Shown here piece after piece: positions 24,985 through 43,222 of a stretch of DNA of 64,000 bases. The DNA lies in assembly GCF_009914755.1 (NCBI RefSeq), contig NC_060929.1; one strand, written 5' to 3'. Under the pieces are notes generated by a model. That model had not been told where the DNA came from. It made no database searches and saw only the letters and a program-made list of their open reading frames with translations. This DNA is from the human T2T-CHM13v2.0 reference genome, Homo sapiens. Position 1 is the stretch's first letter. Each line of letters opens with the position of its first letter. Made by a program: the position numbers and the translations under genes.

Positions 24985-26123
24985 CAATACACAACTTTTT
25001 ATGAAATGTGTGCAGTTTTCATTTTATTTATTTTTAACATCTTTGCACATATAGCCAACTATATATAATTTTAGATAAATTTGATCCTATTTATGTACTG
25101 TTTAGTGCCTTTTTCTTTTCTTCTTTTGTTCTTCAAACCCTCAAAAGGGAAGCTAATAATCTATAGTGTGTTCCTCAAATACTTTCCCTGTAGTCATATA
25201 TCCTATGTACACATATGTAACATACATTTACATACACTTAAAAGGGTTATTTTTATCATCATTGGTTTTACAAGAATGGGGTCATATCATACATATTATA
25301 TTCATCTTACTTTCACTCAATAAAACCCCCAGGGAAACCTAGACCTATATAGGTCTAATTCATAACTTTTAATGGCTGCATGATATTCCAAAATGAATAT
25401 ACCATAATATACTGAGTGATTGCCCTCTTGATTGAACACTTTTAGATTAACTTTGTGTCTAGTTTCTAGTCATAACAAACAAGGATGCAGTAAGCAGACT
25501 TTTATACACGTTTTTATGTACTGGTGCTCTCATTTCTATAGAACAGATTCTCAGAAATGAAATTTCAGAGAATGAAATGTGTACTTTGAATCTGAATAGA
25601 GAATGTCAGCTTCCTTTCTAAAGACATTTCCATGAGCTATGAAGAAAAAACAGCAAGAAATATTACAAACTCTTCTAAAATTTTTGCCAGCCTGATGAGT
25701 AGAAACAAATGTGTAATTTTGTATAGCAAATTTTAATGCGTTCAATCCTTATGCTAGAAATTTTCCTTTACTAATGAAGAGCTATTTGAAACTTCTCAAA
25801 TAGTAGGCTACTGAAAACTTTCAAAGGTATCTGCTATTCTAGAAAGCCTTCTAACAGGGAAGAACTTTCTACATGTGCTTCATAGATAGGTTTGTATTAG
25901 AATATTCAGTGCCTTGGAAGGGTTTGCTCTCTGCTTCCAAGATGGTGTCTTCTTGCTGTGTCCTCACATAGTGGAAGGCAAAAGGGGAAAAAAAGACTAG
26001 ATACTACCTTCAACCTCTATAAGAAGCTCACTAATCACATCCTAAAGACCTCACTTTTTAACACTATCATAATGGTGATTAAGTTTTAACATGAATTTTG
26101 GGGGATATATTTAGGCCACAGCA

Positions 26124-26806
26124 GACAGCTACTATCAAAAAAACAGAAAGTAACAAGTGTTAACAAGGATGTTGAGAAACTGAAACCATGTGCACTGTCG
26201 GTGGGATTGAAATATGGTGCGACCATTATGGAAAATAGTATAGGTGGTTCCTCAAAAAACTTAAAATAGAACTATCATATGATCCACTATTTCTGGTAGA
26301 CATCCAAAAGAATTGAACGCAGGGCCTCAAAGAGAACTGCACATCCATGTTCATAGCAGCACTCACATTCACAGTAATGAAATTATGAAGCAACCGAAGT
26401 TTCCGTTGACAGATGAATGGATAAGCAAACTGTGGTATATACATACAATGAAATACTATTCAGCCTTAAAAAAGGAAGGAAATTCTAACGTGCTACAACA
26501 TGGAAGAACTTTGAGGACATTACACTAACTAAAATAAGCCACCCACAAAAACACAAATACTATATGATTCCATTATATGAGGTATCTAAACTAATCAAAT
26601 TAATAGAAAGTAGAATTGAGGTTGCCAGGGCTGGGGGATGATGGAAAAGGAGAGTTGTTGTTTAATGTGTATAGAGTTTCAGATTTGCAAGATGAAAAAG
26701 TTCTGAAGATACACTGCATAAAAATGTGAATGTACTTAACACTACTGTGAACTATACACTTAAAAATGGTTAAAATTGTAAATTTTATATTTTACCACAA
26801 TTAAAA
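26124..26806 (+). mobile_element. L1MA/MB 3' end
   Basis: atggaaaatagtataggtggttcctcaaaaaacttaaaatagaact...gatgaatggataagcaaactgtggtatatac. Confidence 0.85.
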
Positions 26807-26819
26807 AATTTTCTTTAAA

Positions 26820-27086
26820 CTAAACAAAACCTGAGGGACTTGGGTAACCGTAACAAAAGGTCTAACATTCATGTTATCGGAATTCCAGGAAAGGAGAAAG
26901 GTGGGGGGAGTTGCTGAAAAAATACATCAAATGATAGCTAAAAAGTTCTCAAATTCTGCAAAAGACATAAATCCACACATTCAGGAATCTGAGTGACTCC
27001 TAAGTAAGATAAAGCCAAAGAAATCCAGGTTAAGGTACAACATAATTATTCTTCTAAAGGCTGAAGACAAAGAAAAAGTCCTCAAA

Positions 27087-27138
<52 letters not shown>

Positions 27139-27420
27139 CTTCTCTATAAAGCAAAACCGATCAGAATGACAGCACATTTCTCATCAGTACCAAGGGAGGC
27201 AGAGGTAAGTGGCACATTTTTAAGTGCTAAAAGAAAACAACCCTGAATTGCACATCCAGTGAAAATATCCTTCAGGAATGAAAGAGAAATCAAGAAATTC
27301 TCAGATAAAGAAAAACTACGACAATTTGTCACCAGCAGACCAACTCTAAAAGAACGGCTCAAGGAAGTTCTTGAAACAGAAACAATAAAAGGAATTTTAG
27401 AAGATCAGGAAGGAAGAACA
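26820..27420 (+). mobile_element. Old L1 ORF1 fragment containing a (CA)n microsatellite (27090-27136)
   Basis: Translation KISFRNEREIKKFSDKEKLRQFVTSRPTLKERLKEVL resembles the L1 ORF1p C-terminal domain. Confidence 0.8.
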
Positions 27421-27990
27421 ATAGAAAGAACAAAAACATGGACTAAAGCTACCATAAATCCTACAGTCACAAGGAAATAAATTCTGCCAACAACTTCAGT
27501 AAGCTTGGAGATGGATCCCTCCTCAAGCCTTTGAGGAGAATCTATCATTGCAGCCATGAAATCCCTAAGCAGAGGACCCAGTTAAGCTGTGTCCAGACTC
27601 CTATCTGCAGAAACTGGGAAATAATAAATGTCCTCAGACCCCTGAACTACAGAAATTGTGAGATAATAAATGTATGTTATATAAAGCCACTCCAAAAAAG
27701 CCTAAAACAAGATTGAGAAAATGTTGATAACTGTAGAATCTGGTCTCTGAGTTTACTACAGTTAACTCTCTATATATGTATTTTTTAACTTTTCTTTAAG
27801 TTTGAAAACTTCTATCATTGCCAGGGTGGGGGAAACCCATTGAGGCCAAGAGATTAAAAAGTATGTTATAATAATCTAATGGACTGGTGATGAAAACCCG
27901 AAGTAAATCTGTGACAGTAGGACTCGATATTTAGTAACTAGTTATATGTTCTAGTTCTAATGTTTTTGTTCTATTCTCCCCGGCCCCCCC

Positions 27991-28058
27991 CTCAGGTGAT
28001 CCACCAGCCCTGGCCTCCCAAAGTGCTGGGATTACAGACGTGAGCCACCACACCCGGC
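27991..28058 (-). mobile_element. Alu 5' fragment (~68 nt, no tail)
   Basis: Reverse complement reads GCCGGGTGTGGTGGCTCACG...GATCACCTGAG. Confidence 0.85.
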
Positions 28059-28295
28059 TGTTCTAATTTTAACAAATATGCTATATGTGCAAAATGAAAA
28101 AGGAAGAATCTAGGAGGACTCTTAAATTGGGAGCTGATCAAATATGCTCCATTCAATGAGTGAGGAAACAGAAAAGGTCAGTTCATGAATCTGAGGTGTC
28201 TATGAAATATTTTGGAAAAGGTGCCTAGGAGGTACAAAGATACTTGAGTTTGATATTGCAGAGAAGTCTGCTTTAAATATATAGATTTGTAAATT

Positions 28296-28669
28296 GTTAT
28301 TGGTTGATGTGTCCCCACCCCCAAATTCCTATGTTGAAATCCTAATCCCCAATACCTTTGAATATGACTGTATTTGGAATTGGGTATTTCAAGAGATAAT
28401 TAAGTTAAAATTAGGTTATTAGAGTTGACCCTAATCCAATAAGACTGGTGTCCTAATAAGAGTAGGAGATTAGGACACAGAAGGAAGACCATGTGAAGAC
28501 ACAGGAAGAAGATGGACATCTGCAAGCCAAGGGGAGAGGCCTCAGAAGAAACCAACGTTATTGACACCTTGATCTTTAACTTGTATCTTCCAGAATTGTG
28601 AGAAAATTAATTTCTGTTGTTTAAGCCACCTAGTCCATAGTAGTTTGTTATGATAGCTCTAGTATACTA

Positions 28670-28673
<4 letters not shown>
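28296..28673 (+). mobile_element. MLT1B-like MaLR LTR
   Basis: ccccaaattcctatgttgaaatcctaatcccc...ctgcaagccaaggggagaggcctcagaagaaaccaac. Confidence 0.85.
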
Positions 28674-29167
<494 letters not shown>

Positions 29168-29431
29168 ATTTTGAGTATGAGCAGTTTTTGAGATGCTAAA
29201 TATACTACTAAAAAGGCAATAAGACATACGGTTGAAGACAAATTAAAATCACAATTGTAATACTACACACCTATTAGAAATGCTCAAATTAATGACTAAC
29301 AGGTAGTAACAACGATGTGGAAAAATGGCTGACATTGGCATGAAGACAGTCATTAAAGCAAGAATATAGATAAAATTGTATAGGAAGAGAATGAGGAGAA
29401 AACAGCTGAAGATTGCTCCTTGGGGAATTTC

Positions 29432-29723
29432 TTTTTTTTTTTGAAATGGAGTCTCGCCCTGTTGCCCAGGCAGGAGTGCAGTGGCATGATCTCGGCTCAC
29501 AGCAAGCCCTGCCTCCTTGGTTCATGCCATTCTCCTGCCTCAGCATCCCAAGTAGCTGGGACTGCAGGCGCCCACCACAACACCTGGCAAATTTTTTATA
29601 TTTTTAGTAGAGATGGGGTTTCACCGTGTTAGCCAGGATGGTCTCGATCTCCTGAACTCATGATCCACCCGCCTCAGTCTCCCAAAGTGCTGGGATTACA
29701 GGCATGAGCCACAGCGCCCAGCC
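29432..29723 (-). mobile_element. AluY/Sc-like
   Basis: Full dimer; TSD ggggaatttc. Confidence 0.9.
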
Positions 29724-29889
29724 TGGGGAATTTCAATAATTGGGAAAGAGAAATGATAAGCCTACAAAGAAGACTAAGAAGGGAAGCATGGGGTGGAGAA
29801 CAATTAAAGGAAAGAAAACAGAGTGGGAGAAGAAAGAAGCAGGAAGACATACAGAAAAAGAGGGTACAATCCAAATAGAATATCATATG

Positions 29890-32476
<2,587 letters not shown>

Positions 32477-32736
32477 TATAGATGTATATTGCATAGAGAA
32501 ACTTAAGCTCTCACATTTAAAAAAAAAAGATGTACTAGTGGAGTATCACAATTATAAATTTTTATGCTGTCTTCTACTTCCTAACTGAAGACAAAAACAT
32601 AGTTGGCACCAGCTGGACAAGACAGAAGACATCATACAAACTATGTGTCCCTTTTGTGTAAGTATCTAAAATAAATTAACTTTATAACTTTTCTCTTCCA
32701 CTAGGTAAATTGCATTCATTAAGAAACAAATCACTG

Positions 32737-33035
32737 GCACGCCAGTAATCCAGGCACTTTGAGAGGCCAAGGCAGGAGGATCCCTTGAGCCCAGGAGTTC
32801 AAGACCAGCCTGGGTAACATGGTGAAACCCCGTCTCTACAAAAAAATACAAAAACCAACCACTAACCAAGCATGGTGGCACACACTTGTAGTCCTAGCTA
32901 CTCAGGAGGCTGAGGTAGGAGGATCACTTGAACCCAGGAGATCGGGGCTGCAATGAGCCATGATTGTGCCACTGTACTCCAGCCTGGACAACACGATGAG
33001 ACCCTGTCTCAAAAAAAAAAAAAAAAAAAAAAAAA
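32737..33035 (+). mobile_element. AluJ
   Basis: Dimer with a long A-tail. Confidence 0.9.
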
Positions 33036-33326
33036 GGAACAATTTACCATTTCTAGCGAGCATAAGGCAGTGTCTATGAGGATAACATAATAGCTATAAT
33101 AACGTCTCCATAATCAAGCTTATTATAATCTAATGTAAGATATGTTTATCAATAATAATAAAAGAAGTACAAAATAATTCATAGAAAAAAAGTGGCTTCT
33201 CGGTATCAATGAAATTTGGGCAATTTCAAAAAGGCCAAATGGATCTTGTAATTTTTCCTACAATTATTAAATTAATTTGCTATTAATAGGTTTACAAAAA
33301 ATTCAAATTTAAAATAAGAATCTTAC

Positions 33327-33399
33327 TTTCAGGTGTTTTTTTCTGCCATTGACTGAGTTCAGCGGTTAAACATTTTACTTGCATAATTAACAATGATAG
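33327..33399 (-). CDS. CENPK: CENPK coding exon 5 (73 nt): LSLLIMQVKCLTAELSQWQKKTPE(T)
   Basis: Acceptor ttcttttgtag, donor AAA|gtaaga; phase 0-1. Confidence 0.95.
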
Positions 33400-33723
33400 C
33401 TACAAAAGAAGAAAACAAAGTCATTTTCTGTGGACTATTCATACCTATTCATAGATGAAAATATAAACATTCTTAATACTTTAAAACTTTGCAGGGGGGT
33501 GGCATCCCTAACTCTCACGCTGCTCCAGAGGCAACTTTATTTTAATTCTTAATCTGTTTCACTGATCCACTGATCTATTCCTACAGCAATTCCATAATTC
33601 TGATTATTATAATGAGTGTCAGTCCTTTTTTTAGGCCAAGAGTAAAATCAATTCAGATTCGACACAGATAGTAAAATATCTGTGACTATTATACCTAACA
33701 CAAAGTTAGCCGCCTTTGTTCTA

Positions 33724-33942
33724 TTTTTTTTTTTTTTTTTTTGAGACAGTCTTACTCTTTCGCCCAGGCTGGAGTATAATGGCACAACCTCAGCTCACTG
33801 CAGCCTCCATCTACTGGGTTCAAGTGATTCTCACGCCTCAGCCTCCTGAGTAGCTGGAATCATATGACCACATCACCAAGACCAGCTAATTTTTTTGTAC
33901 TTTGGTAGCGACGGGGTTTTGCCATGTAGGCCAGGCTGGTCT
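33724..33942 (-). mobile_element. 5'-truncated Alu
   Basis: Begins at AGACCAGCC on the minus strand; TSD ctttgttcta. Confidence 0.88.
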
Positions 33943-34255
33943 TTGTTCTAATTTTAACAAGGCAGCGTAATAGCAACTAACAAGCAATTTACTCAGTTGT
34001 TAAATATATGTATAGTTGCTAAAAGACAAATAATAAAGAAAATACTCTCTTATTTATAATAGCTTGTTCTAGAAAGTTTTTAGAATATTCTTTCAATTCT
34101 TAAAGCAGGAAGAGTAAGAAGTTTTCCAAATGATTAAGCATACAGGTATTAACAAAGGTATTAAACTTGAGAAAAATACAGACACACATATTTATTTTCC
34201 AAAATACAATTAATTCCACTTACCTTGTATTTTTTAGGAAGAAAAAGATTCATAC

Positions 34256-34312
34256 CTGAGCATTTGAATCGGTGAGTGTTTCAGTTCCAATAAGTGATAA
34301 TTTATTCTGACA
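34256..34312 (-). CDS. CENPK: CENPK coding exon 4 (57 nt): CQNKLSLIGTETLTDSNAQ
   Basis: Acceptor aaatcaag, donor CAG|gtatga; phase 0-0. Confidence 0.93.
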
Positions 34313-35029
34313 CTTGATTTAAAAAGTAAAAAAAGGCAAGTCACACACGATAATTCACAGAAAATTCCCTTCCCCTCCCCTTTTCTACCAGGCCAATATA
34401 ACACTCTTCTAAAGCACAAACATCTGATGGAGAAGAGTTTATTGAAATTCCTCACTATGTAAGACGATTAAGGCAGCCAAACAAGTCCCAAGGTGAATAC
34501 ATCACAAGTAAAAAGAGACACTAGAATGAAGAGGAAAAAAAAAACCCCAAAAACTAATAGCTAGAATGAATTATAAGTCAGATAATTGGAAAGTGGGAGA
34601 TAAAAAAATAAGAGGGAAAGCACTATAGAAAAATAACAAGTAAGAAGATAGTTCAGATCCTAAGAAATCCTAAGAAAATAAATAAAGCCTTCAGGAGACA
34701 TTGTTTCTGTGCCATTAAAAAAGTCCAAAACTGTTCATGATGATTATATGAGATAAAAATACGAGTAAATTCTATTTCTGCTCATTTGTAATGCAGCATT
34801 TCTCTATACAAATTTTAAGTCATTTTAAAATCCAAACTTCTATACTGAAAAAATACCTGAAGCAAAAAATAAAAAGGTGGGGGGATTATAAAAATTATCC
34901 TGAAAATACATTAATAATATAAAGTACCAAGTATTTATGTTAAAAATAATTGTAAGAAAAGAGAAAAACCTCACTAATTTGACCAGTTCTGAAACTTTAC
35001 TGGGAAGAATAGGATGCTAAAAATATCTG

Positions 35030-35215
35030 TGCCCTATCTTTTGGCTTCCCTGAACTACACTGGAAGAAGAAGAATTATCTTGGGCCACACATAAAATACA
35101 TTAACAATAGCTGATCAGCCAAAAAAAAAAAAGAAATCGAAATCCATAATGCTTTAAGAAAGTTTGTGTCGGGCTGCATTCAAAGCCATCCTGGGCCGCA
35201 GGTTGGACAAGCTTG
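35030..35215. mobile_element. MER30 (hAT-Charlie MITE)
   Basis: atcttttggcttccctg...gaagaagaattatcttgggccacacataaaatac...ggttggacaagcttg. Confidence 0.85.
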
Positions 35216-35379
35216 CCTTAAGTAGAACAAATTTTCACCAACATACTCTAGTGTACCAAAGGCAGTTCTATCTCACCAACTTAGAAAAAGTACATATATT
35301 TCAAACAACATTTTCTAAATTAATTAATGTTTTCACTCATAATTATGTGTTCTTCCCACTTCTATATTCTCTATTTGGG

Positions 35380-36410
<1,031 letters not shown>

Positions 36411-36556
36411 TGCTGATAGGTCTAAAAGCTATATAAATATTTATCATACATAATGGCTTTTGGAAACTAGCACAATCATTTCTTTCCTGAGTCTATTTAT
36501 TATTGAAGTTGATTTAAATCTTATATTAACTATCACTTCTATCTTTTGAAACTTAC

Positions 36557-36667
36557 TTCTTCCATATCTTTCCACATTTCTTCACATTCTCTAATAAGTT
36601 CTTCTTCAGTATTTGTAACATCTCCCACATCTGTAGTACTATCCGGATCTAGATCCTCCTGATTCAT
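36557..36667 (-). CDS. CENPK: CENPK first coding exon (exon 3): MNQEDLDPDSTTDVGDVTNTEEELIRECEEMWKDMEE
   Basis: ATG at 36667-36665, donor GAA|gtaagt; the nine exons sum to 810 nt = 269 aa + stop; two candidate acceptors upstream (exon start 36706 or 36693). Confidence 0.96.
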
Positions 36668-36714
36668 TGATATATGCTTTGTGAATTTTTAGCCTTATAA
36701 GAAAAACTAAAGCA

Positions 36715-37730
36715 AAAAATATTTATTCATTCAGCAGTATTGGTTGAACACTTATTACCTGCCAGATACTCATCTAGGGGGTAAGAATATAGCAATGAAC
36801 AAAATAGACAAAAATCCCTCCTACCGTGAACCTTATTCTAAGTAAGGAAAACAGACAATAAAATAAAAAATAAAACATATATATACTGTAGTATATCAAA
36901 TGATTTATAAGTGCCATGGAGAAAAGACAAGGAAGAAACATAGGAAATGCTAGGGCAAGGACAATATAATTTTAAATAAGGTGGTCATATAAGGTTACTG
37001 AGAAATTGACAACTGAGTAAGAAGACATGAAGAAGATAAAGAAATGAGGTCAAGGATGAAGAGGGGCAGAGGGTTCAGGCAGAGGGAACTGCAAGTGCAA
37101 AGGCCTTGATGCAGGAATATGACTGCCATGTTTCCACAGTAGTGAAGGAGCTGGTGTGATTACAGCAGATTAAGTAAGACAGAGTAGAATATGAGGTCAG
37201 AGAGACAATAGGGATGAGATCATGTGGGTTTGGTAGGCTATTTTAAGGACTTTGAGATGATAAGCAATTAGTTTTAAACAGAGGAATGAATCATTTGAAT
37301 TACATTTTAACAATACAACTCTGGTTAACTACAGGCAGTAAGGATAGAAGCAGGAAAACCAATTAGAAAGCTACTGCAATGACCCAAGCAAGATGTAGAC
37401 CAGGATAATATTGATAGAAGCAGCACAGAATGTCCCATTCTGGATATATTTTCAAGATGGAGCCAACAGAATTTCTTAACAGCATGTATATGGACTGTCA
37501 GAGAGAAGTGAATTATTACGTTGCCAGTTACTGAGGTGAGAAAGATGGTAAAAGAAACAGATTTGGCAAACATGGGAGAAGTGCTGATTAAAAACTCAGT
37601 TTAGGATATGCTACATTTGAGGTGTCAATTATTGGAGCTGCTGATTAAGCAATTAGATATACATGTCTGCAGTTGAAAGCAAAGTTTTGAGCTAGCAATA
37701 TGAATTTGACAGCCATCATCACACAGATAA
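36715..37730. mobile_element. L2 fragment
   Basis: tttattcattcagcagtatt...gcaagtgcaaaggccttga...tggatatattttcaag. Confidence 0.75.
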
Positions 37731-37734
37731 GACT

Positions 37735-38770
37735 TACACACTACATAATGACATTTTGGTCAATCACAGACTGCACATATAACAGTGGTTCCAATGGAGC
37801 TGAAAAATTCCTATTGCCTACTGATGTCTTGATGATCCTGACCTTGCCTTAGGCCTAGGCTAATGTGTTTGTGTCTTCGTTCTTAACAAAGAAATTAAAA
37901 AAGTAAAAAATAAAAATAAATAAATTAGCTAGAAAAAAAGACATAAAATATGCCAGGTGCAGTGACTCACACCTGTAATCACAACACTTTGGGAGGCCAA
38001 GGTCGTAGGATCACTTGAGTTCAGGAGTTCCAGAACAGCCTGGCAACAAAGTAAGACCCCTATCTCTATAAAAAAATTTTAAAAATTAGCTGGGTGAGGT
38101 GGCCCAGTCCTGTAGCCCAAGCTGCTCAGGAGGCAGGGGCAGGAAGATCGCTTGAGTCCAGGAGTTCAAGGTTATAGTAAGCTATGATCACACCACTGCA
38201 TTTCAGCCTGGGTGACAGAGACAAACTCTGTCTCTAAATTAGAAAATAAAAAAAGAAAGAAAATATTGTTGCACAGTTATACAACATGTTTATGTTTTAA
38301 GCTGTTTTTATGAAAGAGTTGATATGTTAAAAAATTAAAAAGATAAAGCAAAAAACTTACAGCAAGCTAAGGTTAATTTATTATTGAATAATTAAAAAAA
38401 TAAATTTAGTATAGCCTAAGTGTACAGTATTTACAAAGTCTACAGTAGGGTACAGTAATGTCCTAGGCCTTCATATCTTCTCACAACTCACTGACTCATC
38501 TAGAGCAACTTCTAGTCCTATAAGCTACATTCATGGTAAAAGCCCTAGACAGGTGTTCCACTTTTTGTCTTTCATACCATTTTTTTTACTGTACCGTTTC
38601 TATGTTTAGAAATGTTTAAATACAAAAATACCATTCTGTTACAATTACCTACGGTATTCAGCCTAGGTATGTAGTAGGTTATACCATCTAGGTTTGTGCT
38701 CACATGATGAAATCATCTAACAATGCATTTCTCAACACATATCCCCGTTGTTAAGTGACACATGACTGTA
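37735..38770. mobile_element. Tigger3/Golem-like DNA transposon with AluJ (37952-38260, plus)
   Basis: tttagtatagcctaagtgtacagt...gtaatgtcctaggccttc; terminal gttaagtgacacatgactgta. Confidence 0.8.
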
Positions 38771-39029
38771 CTTACAGTTGTGAGGATAGGTGAAATAAGA
38801 AAAGGAAGAGTGTGCAGCTAGAAATGAGAAGATCTTCAGGCCAGGAGCTATTGAGGTAAGAACCAACTGAATAGTCTGAGAAGGAGCACTCAGTAAGTTA
38901 AGAGGAAAATCAAGAGCATGATACCCCGAAATCCAAGAATGTATTCAAGGAAGGAATGATAACTGTCAAACACTGGAGACAGGTCAAGTAAATTACAGAG
39001 AATTGACAATTTATTTAGTAATATAGAGG

Positions 39030-39550
39030 AGCAAACTGTTTTTTCTAAAAATACTCACAGCAATATTTCATCATTCCCCATCAAGAGACAGAGTCTTTTT
39101 CCTCTCCCCCTGAAACTGAGTGTGACTTTGTGGCTGTCTTTATAAAGAGAATACAATGAAAATGACACCACATGACTTTCAAGACTAAGTCATAAAAGGC
39201 AATATAGCTAACTTCTGGCTTTCTGTGTCTTGGAACACTCACCCTTGCAACCCAGGCACCATGTTATGCGAAAGCCCAAAGTAGCACAAAAGGAAGAGAT
39301 CAACATAAAGTCCATGAGGAAAGGAACTGAGGTTCCCAGACAAACGCTGGTATCAACTCCCAGACATACACACGATCATTTCTGACAATTAAGCCCCTAG
39401 GCTTTGATCTTCTAGCCAAGGCTCCAGATACTGTGGAACAGAGAAGCTGCTCCTGCTGTGTCTTGTCTGAATTTCTAATGCACAAAACTCATGAGCGTAA
39501 TAAATAGTTGTTTTACACCTCTACATTCTGGGGTAATTTATCACAACAAT
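39030..39550 (+). mobile_element. Old MLT1-type LTR
   Basis: catgactttcaagactaagtcataaaagg...taataaatagttgttttacacc. Confidence 0.6.
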
Positions 39551-39589
39551 TTTCTTGGAGTAAACATACAAAAATGAAGGCCACAGATA

Positions 39590-40830
39590 ACCTTCATAGG
39601 AGTAGTTTTAGAAGAATGGCAAGAATAAAAATCTGATTGGAGTGGATTCAAGAAAGAATGGAAGGCAAGGAATTAAAAATATTAAGTATATGAAACGTTT
39701 TCAAGAACGTTTTCTCTAGCCAGGCATGGCAGCACATGCCTGTATTCCAAGGTATTCAGGAGCTGAGGTGAGAGGATCACTTGAGCCCGGTGAACCCAGG
39801 AGACTGAGGCTGCAGTGAGCCACAATCACACAACTGCACTCCACCCTGGGTGACAAAGCAAGACCGTTAAGACCATACCAAAAACAAACAAACAAAACAA
39901 ACAAAAAGAAAACACACACACACACATTTTTTTTTCTTTAAAGCACAAGAGAGAAATACAGTTAGTAGCTGGAGGGAGATATAGGGTTAAAAGAGACTTT
40001 TTCTTTTTTAAAGATGGGAGAAAATATAGCATCTTTATACGGTACAGTAAAAGAAGGAAATGTTGCTAATACAAGAGAGAAAGGGGAGAAGAAAGAATGG
40101 GATCTAGTACATAAGTAGAGGTGTTGGCTTAAGATAAATGGACATGCAGTTCATCCATTTTAATGGGAGGGTCATCAGAATATCAAGAGTGTAGATGCAG
40201 GTAGGTAAGTAGACGTGTTGCTAGGAACTTGTAGAAATTCTATGTGGATTGTTTCTCTTTTCTCCGTAAAATGGTAACTACGGTTATCAGCTATGAAAGG
40301 ATGGGAAGAAAGTACTGCGAGTTTAAGAGCACAGGAAAAGAGATGTATAAAACAGATATATAAAAAAATGGGAGAGGATAAAGTTACAGGATTATTCAGT
40401 AGTAGCATTACAGGCTCACCTGAGATTAGTATCATGAGTTTAAAGTAAAACCAGAGCATGGTTGTATGTTTTCTTCTATGGTGTAGCACCACAGGTACAG
40501 ACAGGGACAAAGTGAAAGAATGGCCATAGGAATAAGTAGCTAAGACAAGAGAGAACATAATCACTAGGGGAAAGAAGGTCAAGAAAAAGAGAGGCCAAGT
40601 TATTGGATCATCTATAAGGATATTAAAATCACTAAGAATTATGATAGTAGTACTGCAAAGGGCAATGAGCCAGGAGCTAAAAATCTTCAAGGAATGAGGG
40701 TGAGTAAAACAATCTTGCTAGATGATTCCTGCAAAGAATGGAAGAGGATTAGAGTCTGGTGGCATAAGATTCAAAACTGGGCAATTTTAAGGAGGTAGAC
40801 AGTGCAATAAAGAATGATGAGGATGTCTAC
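39590..40830. mobile_element. L2 fragments with a partial Alu (39718-39910)
   Basis: Minus ORF 40175..40690 contains IIILSDFNILID, resembling a LINE endonuclease motif. Confidence 0.6.
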
Positions 40831-41107
40831 CCCACATCAAACGCAAATCAGAATACCCCTCCTCAATATCTTTATTCATATGGAACTTCTGCATTTTATA
40901 CTGCTTAATCAATAACTTATTAACAGAGAAGTTCTAAGGCAGACCTAAATAAATGGAAAGATACTTCATATTCATGGACTGAAAGACCCACATTGTAAAG
41001 ACGTTAATTCTCCCCCAAGTTGAGCTACTGAATCTTAACCAAAATCCTGAAAGTTTTTGTTTCTCTTTATGGGACTTGACAAGCAAATTGTAAAATTTAC
41101 ATGGAAG

Positions 41108-41441
<334 letters not shown>

Positions 41442-42684
41442 CTAAGATCCTCATGAAAAATAAGATGGGAGGACATACCCTACACTATTATGGCAATGTA
41501 GAACTGGCACATAAATAGGCAAATTGAGCAATGGAACACAATACAAAGCCTTTCTTGACTTTCTATATTCACATACATATGGACACATGACACATGACAG
41601 AGATGACAAGGCAAATCAAGGAGAAAAAAATAATCCAAATAGATATATATTTTATATATAATACTGTTTTTTAAATGTATATTTTGGTCCATATAAATCT
41701 TCCTCATTTTTTTTTAACATTTATAGTATTTGCGGAGAAAAAAATAAGTCTAAATTCATACCTGAATCTTTATGTCATTCCTCACTCCCTCAAAAAACCC
41801 AAAATAGAAATCACAAAAAAATAGGATGAAAACACAGAAACTTTTAAAATCTTAGATTAGGAAACACCTTTCTAAGCAAAACTAAGTAAAATCTTTACAC
41901 CAAAATTTTTTTTTTAATTCTGCATGGACAAACATCTCATCAACAAAGTTAAAATTTAAAACCCCCAAACCTAGGAGAAATACTTGTAATATATATGGCA
42001 ACCCAAGACCTAATTTCCTTAATATATAACAAGTGCCTACAAATTCATAAGAAGAAACCAAACAACTCACCATTAAAAAAAATTTAAAAAAGATTACCAA
42101 AAAAGTCAGGTTACCAATTACTTTGGAGGAAGAGTGGAAGGGGGAAAAGGGTTGTGGCTGGGATGGGCCAAATGGAGAGATTTCTGAGGTAATTATCAAA
42201 GTTTTATTTTTTGACTAGCATGATGGTAAGGGTGTTCACCTCATAATAATTAGTAAACTTTACGTTTATTTTGTGTCTGCATTTTTACAATAAAAAGGTA
42301 AACAACAAAAACAATTCAATAGAAACTGGCAAAGAACACAAATGAGGAATTCAAAGAAAAAACAAATACCTTTTAAATACAGAAAAAGTACATTCATAAG
42401 CTCATATATAATTTATGAAAATCCGAATTAAACAAGCATTAATTTTCATTCAGAATGGCAATAATGTAAAATTGGTAAGAGATAATACTGGCAAGCATGT
42501 GAAATAAGAGGCTTGCACTGTTGGTGGAACAATCACTTTGTATGATAATATCCATCAAAATTTTACATGCATTTCTTGTGATCCAGAAGTTCTATTCTTA
42601 GGAATAATCCTAAAGATAGATATGTCTGCATAAGTCTATACAATTATGTTTACTGGCACATTACTTAGAGAAAAAAAAACTTTA

Positions 42685-42910
42685 AAGGTATGAACTCTGC
42701 AACCAGACTATACAGGTTTAAATCTGTTTTGATATTTAAAAGCTATGAGACTTGGGCAAGTCACTTAAACTTTCTATGCCTCAGTTTCCTTTCCTATAAA
42801 ATGAAGATAATATTAAATACTCCCTAGGGTTATGACAATTAAATGAGTATATAAATATATATATATAAGTACTGTAGCTAGCATATAAAGAGCTTTATCA
42901 GTGTTAGCTA
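42685..42910. mobile_element. MIR
   Basis: cttgggcaagtcacttaaactttctatgcctcagtttcct...aaaatgaagataat. Confidence 0.85.
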
Positions 42911-43222
42911 TTAACAATTTGAATGTCAACTAGTAGAAGGCTGAAAATCTCACCTGCTATACCCATAAGATACAGTTTAAGTTCACAAAGCCAAAATCAG
43001 TCATCATGAATTTTAGAATATTTTTAAGCGAAAAAGTCAAACATAAATATTTCTTTACTGACCACCAAAATACATTATCAATATGCAAAAGTAATGCAAA
43101 ACTCTGCACATGTGGTGGGGGCGGAGGGTGAGGGATAAATATTCAACAAATTATCTGGCTTGGCGATTTAATGTGGCAGTAGAATAAAAACATATAGAAA
43201 CATTTAAGAGTTTGCTCTCTAC

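Noticed and set aside
40175-40690. 171-aa hydrophobic minus-strand ORF
   Set aside because: Overlaps an L2 remnant; hydrophobicity reflects T-rich composition
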